Assembly: GCA_001938485.1 (NCBI GenBank) | Contig: MQRK01181535.1 | Coordinates: 1 to 59,392 of the forward strand | Reading direction: 5' to 3' | DNA length: 59,392 nucleotides | From: Girardia tigrina | Lineage: Eukaryota | In this document: positions 40,501 through 50,829 of the stretch, piece by piece | How positions within the stretch are numbered: the first letter of the stretch is position 1 | Layout: the number at the start of each line of letters is the position of its first letter | The notes under the pieces: generated by a model | Seen by the model: the letters and a program-made list of their open reading frames with translations, nothing else | The model's database searches: none | What the model was told of the DNA's origin: nothing | Translations under genes and position numbers: made by a program

Positions 40501-43500
40501 CTTATTAAATGTAATATATTTTAAAAATTAATGTTTATTTAAAAAATTATATAATGACTTTTATCCAATAAAAATTATGAGAAATTAAAATTTATTATTA
40601 ATCTGTCCCATTCATTGTTTTTAGATTTGAATATATTAACAAAAAAACTATATCAATCAAAGAATGATGACCAATGAGAATTGTTGTGAAGAAACTGTTT
40701 GTGTTGTCAATAAATGTTTGCATTCAAATTGTGATGCTGTTAATAGTCTAAATAGTGAAGTTTACATTTTATCCACATTTTATTATGGTCATTGTAATGA
40801 AGCTTAACTATAACAGTGAGGATAAATAAACTCATTTTATCCATTCTTTATATTAACTGGTTTTCGATATATGTATCCATGGAATTTAGAAACATATTTT
40901 TGAAGGCTTTTTACGCAATAATTTTTCTCGAAACTTTGCACATTTACTCACTTTCGATGACATTAAATGATTATGTGAAAATTTGATCAAAACAGTAAAT
41001 TGAAACAAGTATTTCCATAAAAAATAACCTTGCTTTCATTTTCCATGGTATTTGCAAATGATTTTGGTGTATATAGACAATATTTTTTATTTTAATTATT
41101 TTTATTAAACTGAATTTTAATTAATTTCAATTTTGAATAATTATTTTGTGCACTTTCCTTCGATTTGTAAACACTCGTGCATCTTCGTGTTTTGCATCAA
41201 GATAACAAGAAAGAAAGATCATTTGTTTGCAAAAGTAGAGGAAGACAAGGGAAATTGATTTTGCAAAAAACTATTTACGATTATCCACAAATTTTTAAAC
41301 TGTATTAAATAGAAATGTCTTCGTTTTTTCCTTCAATGCTATATAATAAATTGATTATGTTAATAGTAACTATAAAATATCAAAATTGAGTTGTAAACAT
41401 TTTTCTAATAAAATATCCCTCTCACAAAAGATTTAATAATAACGTAATTAATTTATGAAACATTTTAATAGTAATAAACTTGAAAAAAGATGGCAATTTT
41501 TTATTAAAAACAAATAAACGCCATTTAAAAATATATTTTAGGATAATATATTTCGACGGTTTAACCGTCATCATCAGATCACTGATTATGNNNNNNNNNN
41601 NNNNNNNNNNNNNNNNNNNNNNNNNNNNNNNNNNNNNNNNNNNNNNNNNNNNNNNNNNNNNNNNNNNNNNNNNNNNNNNNNAGTGCTGTTTGAACATTGA
41701 TTTTAGGATCACATGATCTTATCAACAATGCTTCACATGACACTCTCTCCCAATAATTTTTAAAATGCTTGCACAAAATCTTAAAATCATTTATGCTCAA
41801 CCACCAAAATTATACGGTCTTCCTAAAGTACATAAAGATGGAGTTCCAATGCGACCGGTTCTATCTATGATCCGTACGTCTCAGTACAATATTGCTAAAT
41901 ATCTAGATACGAAGATAAAATCTTTCATTCCTAATGATTTTATTTGTAAGGATAGTTTTGAGTTTGTGAATTCCATTGCTAATTTTGAAATACGAACTGA
42001 AAATGATTTTATGGTTTCCTTTGATGTATCGAGTCTATTTACTAATGTTCCATTACAGGAAACCATCGAATTATGTTGTGAACTTTGGCGTAAGAATAAT
42101 CTGGACAATTATGATTTAGACGAAGTTGCTTTTCGAAAACTCTTAACATTTGCTACTTCAAATGTCCATTTTCTATTTAATGGTGAATGGTACACACAAA
42201 TAGATGGGGTTGCAATGGGTTCACCATTGGCTCCGACGTTAGCCTCTATATTTCTCTCTTCCATTGAAGAAAAAATAGAATTGTTTTTGGGGAAAAAACC
42301 ACTACTTTATAAGAGATATGTGGATGATATCTTTCTAGTCTTTGAATCTCGAGATCATGTGTTTCCTTTTCTAGATTACATGAATTCGATTCATCCAAAT
42401 ATAATCTTTACAGTAGAACAGGAAATAAACGGAAAATTACCATTCCTTGATTTGTTAATTGAAAGAAAAAATGATCATTATGAAACTGAAATATTTCGAA
42501 AGAAAACTGATACTGCTTTGTACACCTCCATAAACAGTTTTTGTGAGTTTAAATATAAAAGGAATATGATTAAAGGTTTGTTATACCGCTCTTGGTCTCT
42601 TTCTTCCACGTTTTCAAAATCTATTAAAAGTATTGATACATTGAGCAAGTTATTGAATAATAAAGGTTACTCTAAGTCCATCATAGACTGACTCACTCGT
42701 GAGACTGTAGATAAAATAATCGAAAAAGAAAAAATCAAAAATGAAAAAAATTAATAGTTTAAACATTGAAAACTGCTTTACACCCAGGTATACTCTAAGT
42801 TTACCTTACTCCGAGGGTTTTAAACACCTCAAGAATTCGATCTTGAAATCAACAAATAACATTTTAAATTTAAAAATTATTTCTCAATCATTTAAAGTTG
42901 AGAATATGTTTTGCAATAANNNNNNNNNNNNNNNNNNNNNNNNNNNGGACATTGTTTATCAATACACATGTAATGGGTGCAATGCCACATACATCGGAGA
43001 GACTGCCCGTCATCTCTGCAAACGAGTCCAAGAACACAGTCAAAAAGGGGGAAAGAGTAATATTGGTGAGCTTAAAAAAACATGTAAATGTAATATGAGC
43101 ATAAATGATTTTAAGATTTTGTGCAAGCATTTTAAAAATTATTGGGAGAGAGTGTCATGTGAAGCATTGTTGATAAGATCATGTGATCCTAAAATCAATG
43201 TTCAAACAGCACTCTCAACTAATTTGATAAGAGTTTTCGATTAGACTTACGTAAGTGATTACATAATCATTCATTTTCTTATATAAAAGCAATAAAAAAG
43301 AACATAATCAGTGATCTGATGATGACGGTTAAACCGTCGAAATATATTATCCTAAAATATATTTTTAAATGGCGTTTATTTGATTTTAATAGTAATTTTC
43401 CCTTCTACAAAAAATAATAAAAAATTTGGTTAGAGTTCTATCAGCATAAAGAATGAATATGAAAAAAAGTTTTTTTGATTTACTAGTTATATAAATAAAA

Positions 43501-46500
43501 TGAGAAATAAAACGGAGGTTTTGACCAGAATGAATATGTTAACGATTAACACAGTTGATAAGTAAAAAGCGATTATCACATTACAAAAAGTTGAGAATGT
43601 TAAGTCAATAAATAAATAATATATCGAGCTGTATAAAGAAACAGATTGCTAGAATGGTACGGGGTCAAAACTGCCTTTATATCTTTATATCTGCCTTTAA
43701 ATCTTTATAATTTTTTTTCCAATTTTTATTTTATATGACATTCATCTGCAATAACTAAAGAAAATTTTCCAATAACCAAAAACGAATGAATAAACACTTT
43801 ATATAAAGTTTTAATATAAAATTTTTAATTTATAAGTACGGCAAACATGCAATTGCTCGTAGAAATGTAAGTCTGTAAGTCTCTTGATATGATCTTATCA
43901 CATGCTAGACTCATATACGAAGACTTCTATAACGTTTTTCAGAAATATTTTGAACTCCAGTAGCTCCTTGAAGGAAAGACGAAAGTTAGAGAACACTATC
44001 ACGTTTCAAATCTTCAATGAACCGTCACATAGAAGGATGATGTCATAAGATGATGTTATAAGAGAATGAATTCCGTTGTGTCAACCTTCGCATACATTGT
44101 TAGTTCTTGCTATTCTTCTGCTGCAGAGTCTCTTTAATTCCATAAGTCGTGTCCAAATATTAGAAGTCCATAGTTATTTCCCTAAAATAATATCTATCTA
44201 TAAACAAGGCAGTTTTAACCTAGGCACAATCAGACATAGGCAGTTTTGACCTAGAATCGCTAGAAAGTAGTATTCAAACGTCAGACAATCCAATCGGAAT
44301 AATAATCTCCAAATCTCCTGGATTTCGGGAAATGGAACAATTATATAGGGCAATTTTAATTAAATAATATCGAAACAACACAACACTGATTAGACGGATG
44401 GGATTGATTTAAAAGCGTCCAGAAACGGAGAATTCGACGTTGCAAGATATAATTATTGCACACTTGTTTAGTATAGATTTCTTATTCCTTTTGACAATAT
44501 TGATTTTCTTAATTGATATTTTTTTTGTTATTTTATAAAAATAATGGTACAACTATAACAAAGGACAACAAAAGTATAGAAATAATAAACATAAATTGTT
44601 TTGTCTGTTAACTGGTGATTTATTCTTTTTTAATCAAAATAAAGATTTTATTCTTCTTCCACGGCCCAGCAATTCGCATCCGCAACTTCTCGCCATCTTC
44701 ACGACTTTGTAATTCCTTTCCAAGCTTCAGTTATTTATTTTCGAATTTAGATCCCGATAATTATTTTATTTGACTTCAGCTAACTTTTAATATTTCATTT
44801 TTCTCGATTTTTTAAGGAATGATTAAAACAATAAATGACGAATAAATAATAATATATTATTTTGTTATAAATAAATACAAATCGGGATAGAAATTATAAG
44901 ATTTTTTTAAAAAATATTTTCACGAAAAATAATAACGTTTTTTTATTTATTTTAACTCTATTTAATATGAATTTAAATAATGGTAATTTCAACTCACAAA
45001 TATACAAAATAATTGCTGATAAATTTTGTGCCATGAGCATTGAGCACAGAATTTATTCATTTTATATGTATAAGGTACAAATAAAGTCCCTAATTTAGAA
45101 TCTCTTCAAATCGTCCTTCATAGTCATGATTCTTGCTAAAACACGAGTTAATTCAATTATTATTAGTATAAGGCTATGATTTAATAGGGAAGTAAATAAA
45201 CTAAAATGGTCAGTAAACTAAAAATTAAATTGGCTGAATATTAACCGATTAGTAAATAAATATTGATTAATAAAAATAACTTAATTGAGCAGTAAAAAAA
45301 TTAATAAGAGGTTAAGCAAATCAAAAAGCAAATACAACAATTTTTTGCGATGGTGTCATGAAACCAAAGCAAGTTATTTATGCATTACAATAAAAAAGAT
45401 TAGAAGTACCACAAAAGAAACAATTAGCTAACAAACAATTACCAATCTCAATAAATATGGTGATTCATCAATTAACCTAATGGTGTGAAGTTCACTCAAT
45501 GAATCTAGCCAATGAGAATGAAACTTGTTATCAACTATAATATGTATATCAAGATGAAATTGAGGCGGACGACGATGAAAACAATGAATATGATCAAGAT
45601 GTTTTTAGATTTTTTTTGTGTCAACCAAACGTCTTCTGAACATTACTTCGCAAACAAAACATATCAACGCAGATGCAACATACAAACTTTTATGGTATGG
45701 GTTTCCAATATTGATTATTGTGATCTCAGATATGAATAACTCAAACTTTTGCATTCATTTTCCAAAGCTTGCAAATCGGTTTACTTAAAGTTGACAAGAC
45801 TCCTTTTGAACTGATAGCACTGCTACCATTAATGCCAAACCGTTTGCCTAAGAACTTACTATCTCTTTGAAATTATAGACTAAATCTTACCAATGGACCA
45901 AATCTTCAAAAGATATCATTGGTGAAAATAAAGGTGCAAGATGAGTTTACTATAATTCGAAAAATCTTTTAGTATTTGACAAATGGATGAAGTTACCAAA
46001 TGCATGAACGCAACATGTAGTTGCCAAGATTTTCTGAATGATTAGTTCTTTAAGTTCTTTTTTTGCATTGTAATTGGTCTCAAACAATAAAAACCACCTG
46101 CATCAACTGAAGACGTTTCTATTGGCAAAAAAGAAATTGTGGTAGGTCCTCAAAAGCAAAAATTACTCTTTATTACTCTTAGTTGTGCTTTATTGATATA
46201 ATATCTTTTTTTTATTGTTCGATTTAGTTTCTTTACTGATTAATTTGTTATTTATTTACTAACCCATTAATTATTTTACTGATCAATTGGTTATTTATTT
46301 ACTAAACTATTAATATTAAGCCTAAGTATAATAATTTCTGTAATATTTTTGATACTTGAGGAAAATCCTTTTAAATGTTTGAAGATATTTTGTCTTCTAC
46401 AGTAACATGTCAAACGATTTTACACTAACTTTACCTCCAAAATTATAATAATAAAAAAATTTCAGTACCTTTAGAGATTTGAAGAATTTTATATGAAATA

Positions 46501-48162
46501 AAAAATTAAGTTTAATAATGTAATAGATCTTATCGGGTTCGAGGTCAAGAATAGAATTCATAACACAAATATTTATTTTGTAAAAATTAATTATTTATAA
46601 AAAAAATTCAAATTTACAACATTTTCAAATAGCTTTGATATTTAAAAAATTAACTGTTTTAAAAATAATATTTTTGTCAAATAAAATTTCATTAACTTAT
46701 TTTTTAGAATTCCTTTTTAAAATTAAGTGGAAAAATTTTAATAATAATTCTTTTCAAGAACTTTGGATTTTATATATTTGCTTATCTTAAATATTCAAAA
46801 ATTCTAAGAGTGCGCCACATTCTCACAGATCTAATGATGCCAACAATTAGATTGAGATCAGTACTGTTTGAAAGACAATCAATTATATCGTCGTCCTCAA
46901 ACAGTTGACCTCAATTCAATCAAAATATGCATATTCATTTGTATTCAAAATTTCAATAGTTTATTTATTAATTTATTTTATTTGTGTATTATATTCATAG
47001 ATATTTAACGTATTGTAATATACAAATTATTACAATGTTGATGAAATTCTATTTAGAATCACTTTAAATGTTTTTTTCTCATTTTAAAGAAGAATAATAA
47101 TCGACAGACAACAACTTATCAATATACAAGATTGAAGAATGTATTTGAAATGTTTCTGTACATTTAGTAAATATTTGTGCAGTATTTGTGCAATATTAAC
47201 GAATTATCATCGTAAATATATTGCCATGATAATATGAAATTTAAAATTAAAAATATCCTTAATTGATAAATAATAAAAATGAAATATAAAAGACGTTTTG
47301 TGTGTTATTTTTTTACGGGAACGAAAAGACAATCTACTAAACATCATTAATAGAAGAGCACATATATTATAACTCAAATAAGACATTTACCAATTGAACA
47401 TCAACATTCGAATTTATCAAATTATCCAAACAACCCCACTATTATTATACTCAGTAATCGCCATACAGTATCCCTAATCCAACAAACTATCCGACTTTTA
47501 TTTACAGAATATTATCCAATTATGAAAACTGCAAAGTCAAAGTAACATACTGATAATGTATCATTCTTCTTAATACTTTTTTCTTGCTGTTGTGATCGAT
47601 ACAATTTGACCTTCTTTGTAATCCTTCCTTCAGTTCAAGTTCTTATTAATTAATATACTAAATATTATATATTTTTTATTCATACATATTCAAACGAGTT
47701 TATAGAGTTTATAGATTCTTAAGGAATACGATAATATGTCTGGTCATATTTAAAATAAATAAATAAATGAACTAGTTTTATATTTTCTTCTATTAATTCA
47801 TCATATAAACTCTGTCATAACAGCTAAGAAACTTTTTTCGATTATTTATTTTTTTTTAAACTACCGTAAAAAATCATTTTTGTCATCTTTTGCAAATATG
47901 GGAAATTTTGAAGATATTCGAAAAAAGATTCACTAAATTGAGATAAATTTATGTAAATGTGACATAAATTTAACAGTTGAAGACGCAACGAGAATTTCAA
48001 AGGATAAAATATAATTTTAAATTAAAATTTATTTATCTATTTATAAAATATCAAAAAATCTGAAAATTATTTAAATAAAACTAATTAATTTAATTTTTAT
48101 TTTAGGCTTTATTAATTCTGGCGGCCGTCATTTGTTTGGTTTCTTTGATGAGGGACAAATAA
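23616..48162 (+). CDS. Tetraspanin copy B, complete, 272 aa (exons 23616-23675, 23725-23878, 27445-27548, 31521-31595, 31651-31755, 31802-31877, 34997-35184, 48106-48162)
   Basis: Eight GT-AG exons total 819 nt in one frame: MGVFYCCCCSFLVIINVVYT/IIGLALLIAGIVGAV...FIIKSL/SSAHIGLIIVGCIIFVLSIIGISSVCKKVKVLIII/YITIVSVILLIQIIVVIIYGTDNTK/LKDAIS...AIQIS/LGCCGAISYEDY.../GKTLTFPLSCCKF...KCVD...IGCTEP...IIGGIIGFQ/ALLILAAVICLVSLMRDK*. Four TM segments and a 6-Cys large loop. Confidence 0.93.
24380..25713 (-). mobile_element. Full-length Tc1/mariner-superfamily element (rosa/DD41D-like, about DD40D), frameshifted
   Basis: TA-flanked ~63-bp TIRs CAGGGGTGGCCATAAGTCGCTTTACC. Motifs MARQLTLQQRIFIV, RSGR, QDGAPPHY, WPPRSPDL.PCDY. 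Confidence 0.92.
26560..26870 (+). mobile_element. Retrotransposon-like fragment related to 1-239
   Basis: Shared blocks GCCTTCACACCCAGATT and CTAGAGACGGA. Confidence 0.4.
28529..28590. repeat. (AAT)n microsatellite
   Basis: About 20 near-perfect AAT units. Confidence 0.95.
28620..29075 (+). mobile_element. Penelope 3' end fragment
   Basis: Degenerate GIY-YIG C-terminus (FKNYCERVTCEALLI..DPKIN) followed by a hammerhead. Confidence 0.75.
29011..29055 (+). ncRNA. Minimal hammerhead variant (C3U, one stem II mismatch)
   Basis: TTTAGT TTGAAGA C GGCGG TTAAT CCACC GAAA TTAA TT ACTAAA. Confidence 0.7.
29379..29481. repeat. Direct duplication with 60-bp period
   Basis: AAATTATAAAAATGTTATCAAATTATGAAAAATGCATTTAATT occurs twice. 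Confidence 0.85.
29510..30030 (-). mobile_element. Penelope 3' end (GIY-YIG + pLTR)
   Basis: NGCDAIFIGETARHLCKRIQEHG...CKALLIRSRCPKINVQ on the - strand. Confidence 0.82.
29544..29582 (-). ncRNA. Minimal hammerhead variant (C3U)
   Basis: GAC TTGAAGA T GGCGG TAGAT CCGTC GAAA TATA TT GTC. Confidence 0.72.
30560..30780 (+). mobile_element. Gypsy-like RT N-terminal remnant
   Basis: VKPYRQSQHL...LEANDIIEICKSP. Confidence 0.4.
32036..32230 (+). mobile_element. Gypsy-like aspartic protease remnant
   Basis: FQWTFTVADTVHPLLGTDFLSSYGFLIDC. Confidence 0.6.
32239..33172. mobile_element. Non-autonomous hAT element
   Basis: 8-bp TSD CATATGGC at 32231-32238 and 33173-33180. Imperfect TIRs CTAG-GTGCGGCCCGTAC / CAAGAGTGCAGCCCGTAC. 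Subterminal ACGGGC repeats at both ends. Confidence 0.85.
33814..34275. mobile_element. Helentron-associated non-autonomous element (HINE-like)
   Basis: Subterminal IR ACCACGTTTTT / AAAAACGTGGT, a TGTC-type microsatellite near one end, T-rich ends, no TSD seen. Partly in an N gap. Confidence 0.5.
35559..36226 (-). mobile_element. Internally deleted mariner
   Basis: TA-flanked TIRs CGAGGGGTGTCCCAAAA..GGACTGA. HTH region QRVIIYFL..VFKWVQRFQVGRQSFEDDEHSGRP. Confidence 0.9.
36636..36676 (-). ncRNA. Minimal hammerhead ribozyme, intact
   Basis: TGTT CTGACGA T GACGG TTAAA CCGTC GAAA TTAA TA AATA on the - strand. Confidence 0.82.
36826..36866 (+). ncRNA. Minimal hammerhead ribozyme, intact
   Basis: TGTT CTGACGA T GACGG TTAAA CCGTC GAAA TTAA TA AATA. 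Confidence 0.82.
37437..40377 (+). mobile_element. Putative very long (2.94 kb) solo LTR
   Basis: Begins TGTGGCGGTC and ends GGGTCGTGACA. Flanks ATAT/ATTT may be a 4-bp TSD with one mismatch. CCAAT at 38161 and 38202, TATAAA at 38215. GC-richer than flanks, no pol motifs. Confidence 0.6.
41542..41580 (-). ncRNA. Minimal hammerhead ribozyme, intact
   Basis: GAT CTGATGA T GACGG TTAAA CCGTC GAAA TATA TT ATC on the - strand. Confidence 0.82.
43313..43351 (+). ncRNA. Minimal hammerhead ribozyme, intact
   Basis: GAT CTGATGA T GACGG TTAAA CCGTC GAAA TATA TT ATC. Confidence 0.82.
43656..44258 (-). mobile_element. Non-autonomous MULE
   Basis: TIR core GGTCAAAACTGCCT / AGGCAGTTTTGACC. TSD GCTAGAA(T/A). 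Internal RTNNVCEG*HN transposase C-terminal motif on the - strand. Confidence 0.75.
45640..46150 (+). mobile_element. MULE (SWIM-type) remnant
   Basis: ADATYKLLWYGFPILII and CSCQDF readings. Confidence 0.55.
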
Positions 48163-48961
48163 GAATCACGTTTAATCTTCCCTTATGAGATTTTCATGAC
48201 TTTCAAAATTTATTGTTATAAATTATATATGACTTCATGATGCTATTTACATTAATAAATATTTATTGTTTCATTAATTAGTGGTACTTCTATTTTAAAT
48301 TAAGTGGGGGTTGGATCACTCAGGTCAATAAGAGTGCAATCCCGAAATAAAGATTGTATCTTGCTCAGCGGATTCATTGCTTTTAGAGGCCTATGTCCCC
48401 ACTAGTAAAAACTGAAGCTCTTTACAATGATGCTGATTTTCAGAAACCAACAAAAAACTCATCTTCGTCGATTGCAGCACCGAACAAACCTAAAATGTAC
48501 AGATCTCCTCCAATCATACCAGTAACGGTATAATTATCGAAAACCTTTATTACATTATCAAAAGCTACATTGCTGATAACAACACATTCTATCTCCTGAA
48601 CCTTAAATTATAGATTTTTCATCAAACAAAACATTGTTTCTTAAAACTAGTCACGAAATGCCAATCAAAACTGTGGAGAAAATCGTATTTCCTTTCTTAA
48701 AATAATCTCAAAAAATGTGGTAGAATTCGAAATCCGTGCGAATCCTCAAATCACAAAACAAATTCAAAATCAATCGCATAATAATTAAACAAAATAAATT
48801 TCTAAATAAAGCAATGAATTATCAAATAATATTAAACATATGTTAAATAATATTAAACATAAGGTTACATGTCTATGTTCTTCGATATTACTTCCACATT
48901 ACGACCATGTTATCGAATTTTCCTACAGAGATGACGAGATGTCTCCCCAATGTATGGAGTA

Positions 48962-50389
48962 CAGTGCGTTCAAAAAGTAACTGTGCATCTGCAATTTCAA
49001 AACAAGAACGATATCCTGTGTTCTAAAAATCAATAACAAAATATTTTGAATAGTCAATTTTATGTGAAGAACAATGANNNNNNNNNNNNNNNNNNNNNNN
49101 NNNNNNNNNNNNNNNNNNNNNNNNNNNNNNNNNNNNNNNNNNNNNNNNNNNNNNNNNNNNNNNNNNNNTTTTCGAACACTCGATGAATTTCCTCTTGGGT
49201 GATGGCTTCAATTTGGTGTAGGATGTTATCACGTAGGTCTTACAAAGTTTGTGGTTTGTTTCGGTAAACCTTTTGCTTTATCGCTCCTCACAGGAAAAAG
49301 TCCAAAACACTTAGATCTGGGGATCTTGGCGGCCAAATTCCTTTGGAAATGATTCTCTTCGGGAAGATCTCATTCAAAAAACGAAGCGAAATGTTTGCGG
49401 TATGTGCTGTTGCNNNNNNNNNNNNNNNNNNNNNNNNNNNNNNNNNNNNNNNNNNNNNNNNNNNNNNNNNNNNNNNNNNNNNNNNNNNNNNNNNNNNNNN
49501 NNNNNNNNNNNNNNAAAAAGATGGGACCAATTACACGCCTCCTGGACATGGCACACCATACTCCAACTTTCAAGGAATGCAGAGGCTTCTCAACAAATTC
49601 ATGCGGATTTTCACTGGACCAAACTCGAGAAGTCTGGCTACTCACATATTCAGACAAATGAAACCACGCTTCATCGGAAAAAAAGTCTTGTCGAGCATGT
49701 CATCCTCATTCAGATTTTACTTGAACCAATGACAAAACTGGAGTCGCTTTTCAAAGTCTGTGTCTTTCAACTCATGTTGACAAGTAACACGATATGGATA
49801 TAAGCTTAAAGTTTTCCTCACGGCGGCATGTGCAGTTCCAACGGATACACTCACTTCTTGAGATAAACGGCGCATTGACTTTGTTGGACTCTGGCTCATG
49901 ACTTTCGAAATAACATTGACTTTTTGCTCAGTTAAAATCGTTGGTGGACCTGAGCGGGAGGAATCATGAACGGAACCAGTTTCTCTGAACTTGTTAACTA
50001 ACGCTCGAACGCTCATTTCGATGAGGTATTGCTGTTGCGGGAAACTTTTCGGCAAATTTTTCCTTCACTGCTTCTATGTATTCATCATTCGTACGAAAGA
50101 CATGTTCAATAAACAATATTCTCTCCTCCGTTGACTAAACCATTTTCAATTGGAATTAACTTCGCAATAAATTGAATTTCGTTAATGATTAGATTGAATA
50201 TCAAAATGATATTTTTTTTAAAAAAATTTAAAACGCTCAGTGTCAAGTGTGTAGGTATGTTTTTTGTTCACGAATCTATTTCATAGTTCGATTTCATAGA
50301 AATTTGCATTTAAAAAGTCTGCTACAACGCTGATTATCTAAAAATAAACCAGACAATGAAAGGTGCACAGTGACTTTCTGAACACACTG
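48962..50389 (-). mobile_element. Tc1/mariner-superfamily element (rosa-like DDxD), inserted in a PLE GIY-YIG fragment
   Basis: TA-flanked TIRs CAGTG(C/T)GTTCA(A/G)AAAGT(A/C)ACTGTGCA. Motifs KFRETGSV..RSG, WCAMS...IGPIF, WPPRSPDLSVLDF. Confidence 0.9.
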
Positions 50390-50409
50390 TATAACAACCA
50401 TTACATGTA

Positions 50410-50790
50410 CAGTCAGATGCAAAAGTTTGTGAACGCTTGTTTCTATACTACTTTTGTTGTTGCGCTGCATGTTTTGTGTATTCCTTGTTAAGTATACATA
50501 AACAATTTAAATGATTAAATGCACATTTTATTTTTATTACTTTTCAAGTTATAAATTGTCATTATTTATTTTAGAATCATGCCTGTTTGCGGCAAGGAGC
50601 TAACAAGAGAACAGTGTGCAGCAGTTTTGGCATTGCAGAAGCACGGCGTTTCTTATCGACAAATAGCTACAACTCTTAACCTTTCTCTTGGAGTTGTGTC
50701 AGACTGTTCAGAGAAAAAGGGAGACTGGTTCCTTATGTTCAAGATCTCGATCTGGTCGTCCAAGGTCAATCAGTCAAAGAGACTGGTTGA
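50410..50790 (+). mobile_element. Tc1-like 5' fragment
   Basis: TA|CAGTCAGATGCAAAAGTTTGTGAAC end. HTH region KELTREQCAAVLALQKHGVSYRQIA..RSGRP. Confidence 0.8.
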
Positions 50791-50829
50791 AATATTAATA
50801 TTAAATATCAATACGTAATATACTAAAGA

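Larger units (their letters stand above)
41476..43382 (+). mobile_element. 5'-truncated Penelope-like element with inverted 5' pLTR (RT 41797-42691, GIY-YIG to 43244)
   Basis: LYGLPKVHK, SFDVSSLFTNVP, GVAMGSPL, RYVDD, LPFLD, YIGETARHL..R..EH. 41511-41799 is the inverse of 43096-43382. 14-bp TSD ATTTTAATAGTAAT at 41462-41475 and 43383-43396. Confidence 0.95.

Noticed and set aside
41765-41799. Start of the 308-aa ORF (MLAQNLKIIYA)
   Set aside because: It comes from the inverted pLTR fused to a 5'-truncated RT and is not a real initiation site.
48290-48600. Possible Merlin remnant (IGG...IDE) on the - strand
   Set aside because: Weak similarity, with no TIR or TSD.
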